This document shows positions 60,323-64,000 of a DNA stretch of 64,000 nucleotides, one piece after another. The DNA is from the human T2T-CHM13v2.0 reference genome, Homo sapiens. The position numbers and the translations under genes are program-made. Within the stretch, counting starts at the first letter, position 1. Every line of letters begins with the position of its first letter. Below the pieces are notes generated by a model. That model made no database searches. It saw only the letters and a program-made list of their open reading frames with translations, and was not told the origin of the DNA. The DNA is taken from assembly GCF_009914755.1 (NCBI RefSeq), contig NC_060927.1; one strand, written 5' to 3'.

Positions 60323-62171
60323 TAGTAAAAATGCATGGCTTGGTAATAGATCATTGACTTCAAAAGGACCTTTGAAACTAAAGAATTTTATAGTAAACTG
60401 GGTTCCTGACATTTAAAAGACACACTAAATTGGACAAATATTAAACTAGAAACACTTAATTGCCTTTTATAAGTGGATTCCATCAGAATTCTACCATTTA
60501 CAGTCAAACTGTTGTTAGATGCCCTTCAGACTCAGAGCAAATGCAAAGCTGTTTTAGTTTTGATATGTATAGAATATTACTTTATTTTAAAGTTTAAAGT
60601 GATCACAGAGATTGTCTCTATTTCTTTGCTAAGAAGTATTAACCCCTGAACATAGCCATGTGGCAATGTGATACTACTGAGTTCAAATTGTCAGGCTGCT
60701 GAGCTGACGGAGGGTAAGACAATAATTTTGCAACAAAGCCCAAGGAGTGTATTCCTGAATTTCTTCTGGCTCTAGATCAACCCTTGGAGTCTGAGTTGGC
60801 ACTTTCTTCCCTGATGATTCTTTGATAGGGCACTGCAGTCTCAAGTGAGTGAACTCTGAGTCTAAGCAGCATCCAGGTTATTGATTAAACCCATCGTCAG
60901 AGTCAGTCTAGGACCCACAGAGTTCTCTTTGTCATTGCAAACGACAACCTGCATCCCTGACTCCCTATCTGCTTGCCCCTGCCATCTAAGCTCATCAGAA
61001 TCTTGAAGAGTTAAGATCATGGAGGGCAATTTTAGCTTTCCTGGGGCTACGTGAAACCAAAAATCTCCTATCAGAACCAGGGTGTTCTTGGAGCTGCCAC
61101 TGAATGAATGGCATTTGAATGGGTTACATGTGGTTCTGTGTTGGAAACAGACTTGCTAGAGGAGAAATGTTTCCTGCTCTGGGTTTTTGCCACTTGCACC
61201 TTCCCAGACCATGCGCTCCTTTGACCAGCATCAGCTCTGTAGTGTTGTGTCTTACCTCAGCATTATGTGTCTATATTCTCACTCTTGTATTAGATTCTTG
61301 TATTAGATTGGCATGAGGCCTTAGACGTCTTTGAATCATTTATGCATCTCTAACAAAATCCAGCATAGTATTGCACAAAGGACATGCTCAATAAATAATT
61401 GTTTTCAGTAAATGAATAGGTAAGTGACCTAAAGGGGAAACTGGAGCCATTGTCACTGAGAAATAATTCCAATTTTAAACCTTTACCTTTTGTCTCTTCT
61501 CACTTAAAATTGCTTTTACTCATTTCAGCCACTAGTTGGGGAGTTGTTATTGCAATTTTTCTTTTTAATTCAGTGAAAGAAATAAAATTGGATGCTGCTG
61601 GTCTGGCAGGATAGGAGAACAGTCACAAAGGTCCATGATGTTGCCATTCTCAGATAACTTGCAACCAAATTGTGCTCTGTACTAGGAAGTTTCTCTGTTA
61701 CTTGCGATAAATTCTTATAGAAACTCTTGCACCTTTTTTTCCTTGCTGAATTTTAACTAGGACACCGAATGGTAATGGTGAAGATGGGAGAGAGAGTATT
61801 TAAGAGAGAAATTGGAGATGACTATATCAAAGAAAGTTAAAATATGAAACATTCACAGACACAACTGAACTGGCCATTAGCCATAGCTCATAAATATTGC
61901 TTATATGGCTTGGCAGTTGTCAAAATATAGACAGATTTTTTAAAAATTTTAAACTTGACCCCACAGCCAAATCTCAATAATTCTTACTACTTCTACTCCA
62001 AAAATCTCTTACATTTCACTTTTTTTGAAATGACAAAACAAATTACAAAAACAAGTACAGAATAGGACTTAAATTATGTTGTACCTATCCTATATTTTTA
62101 CCCTCATATGTAGTTATATTTTTCTAAAGAATTCTTAATTCTAAAATAATGATTAAAAATTAAATCCATAG

Positions 62172-62315
<144 letters not shown>

Positions 62316-62370
62316 TAAATTATAACATTGAAATACTCTTTCTAAAATTTGTCAAGTTTTTATTTATTGA

Positions 62371-62715
<345 letters not shown>

Positions 62716-63970
62716 TAATACTAGAAACTCCCATAGGAAGGGGTTTGAAAAATACTAAAACTGAAAATCTTTCTGAGAGGCCATTATGTAGTCATCAGAC
62801 TTGGACAGTCACACAATAAAAGCACTAGATTTCCTTTTAACTCCAAAAAAGGATAATTTATTCATAGAACTTCCCGTGTTCTCATCAAGGCCATCTACAG
62901 AGGTGTTCAGAACAATAATTCAGAAATAGGACACAAATAAAAAGAAAAGCTCTCTCATAGATTCCATTTATAAACAGCAGTTGACTTCTTTTTCCTTACC
63001 TAGTATCCAATAATCTCTTTTTGTGGCTATGCATTTATTCTCGTGTATTAGTTGATGCACACAGCCAAGAGATGAAGCAATATCCATGGGAAAACCTACA
63101 AACTACCACATTCAGCGATGACATTCTCTTTGGCACTAATTCTAGTTAACAAGGACTTTTCCAAAGGCATAAACTATTGAGTTAGACATCTTACATAGAA
63201 TTTTTTAATATAATAAGTGTTTAATAAATACGTTTTGAAAGAATGACCTAAACCACCAAAGGAAATGAAGAAAATTGTATAGCATAGCACCCTATACTCA
63301 GTAAGTGATGTGTGCTTGTGTCTGTGTGTGTAAAATACAACCTAAGATATTGATAGTCTTAAACATTATCAATTCCCATTTAGAAAGACAAGATTTCATC
63401 TTTTGGCAACTCCGTACTTAGCTTCTGAAGTATAAACATGGCATGCCTGTAGACCCAATATCGATAATTGAAAAGATGCTGTTTTCTTTGACTTCATAAC
63501 ATCACTGTACCACTGCTATAACAGTATATTTTCATCTATAATAGGATTTCCACTGAGATGTGTTACTGTGTTTGAATGAATTGTTTATTAATACCCACTT
63601 TTAAAAGCTAAACACTTTACACACATTTCCATTTTTGCATAAACCAAAAAAGCTTTATTTTTAAATTTAAATTTAAATTATATTTTTATTTTCTGTATTG
63701 GTTAGACAAAGAAGATGACATTAAGCCTAATTTCTAGGTATATGTTCCTTAAGCTTAAAGGCTTTGTTTTCGCTCTTAAATGGTTGGCTTAATTATGCTA
63801 GGTAAATAATCATGTTGCAGAACTAGTTTTTATTTAAAAACTGATTGAAACAATTGAGGAAGAATCCCAAGTGAATATCAAACTGATCCAACCCTCTAAC
63901 TATAACTGAATCTTGGACCCAAGAAGAGAAATCCACAATTTCTGAATGTTTCATGCCTGCTTTTTTCCAG

Positions 63971-64000
63971 CCATTCAGCTGGTTGAATTTCACAAATGAA
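63971..64000 (+). CDS. MME: Neprilysin exon 11 (partial, runs off the window)
   Basis: ttttttccag|CCATTCAGC; PFSWLNFTNE. Confidence 0.93.

Overview
Human (or very close hominid) genomic DNA covering the 5' part of MME (neprilysin / CD10 / NEP) on the + strand. It contains a CpG-island promoter with several alternative non-coding first exons (~1600-2426), coding exons 2-10 and the start of exon 11, all with GT-AG boundaries that keep the frame (codons 1-329). The introns hold Alu, L1, L2, MaLR/ERVL LTR and DNA-transposon relics. Most notable: (1) A full-length L1PA2-like element lies antisense in intron 8, nested in an Alu A-tail. Its ORF2 is open with intact endonuclease motifs but has D702E in the RT FADD motif. 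ORF1 has one nonsense change, ORF0 and the antisense-promoter donors are intact and point into exon 9, and the YY1 site is mutated. Together this is a candidate gene-breaking cassette. (2) A twin-primed L1 fragment has lost its 3' end, replaced by an exact 56-bp copy of sequence 37.7 kb away. (3) A perfect 56-bp palindrome sits next to a 49-bp-arm inverted repeat. (4) Inverted Alus tightly flank phase-0 exons 9-10, a candidate stop-free circRNA. (5) A 3'-truncated U2 snRNA retrocopy has target-site duplications. Repeat subfamily calls are by eye and repeat boundaries are approximate.
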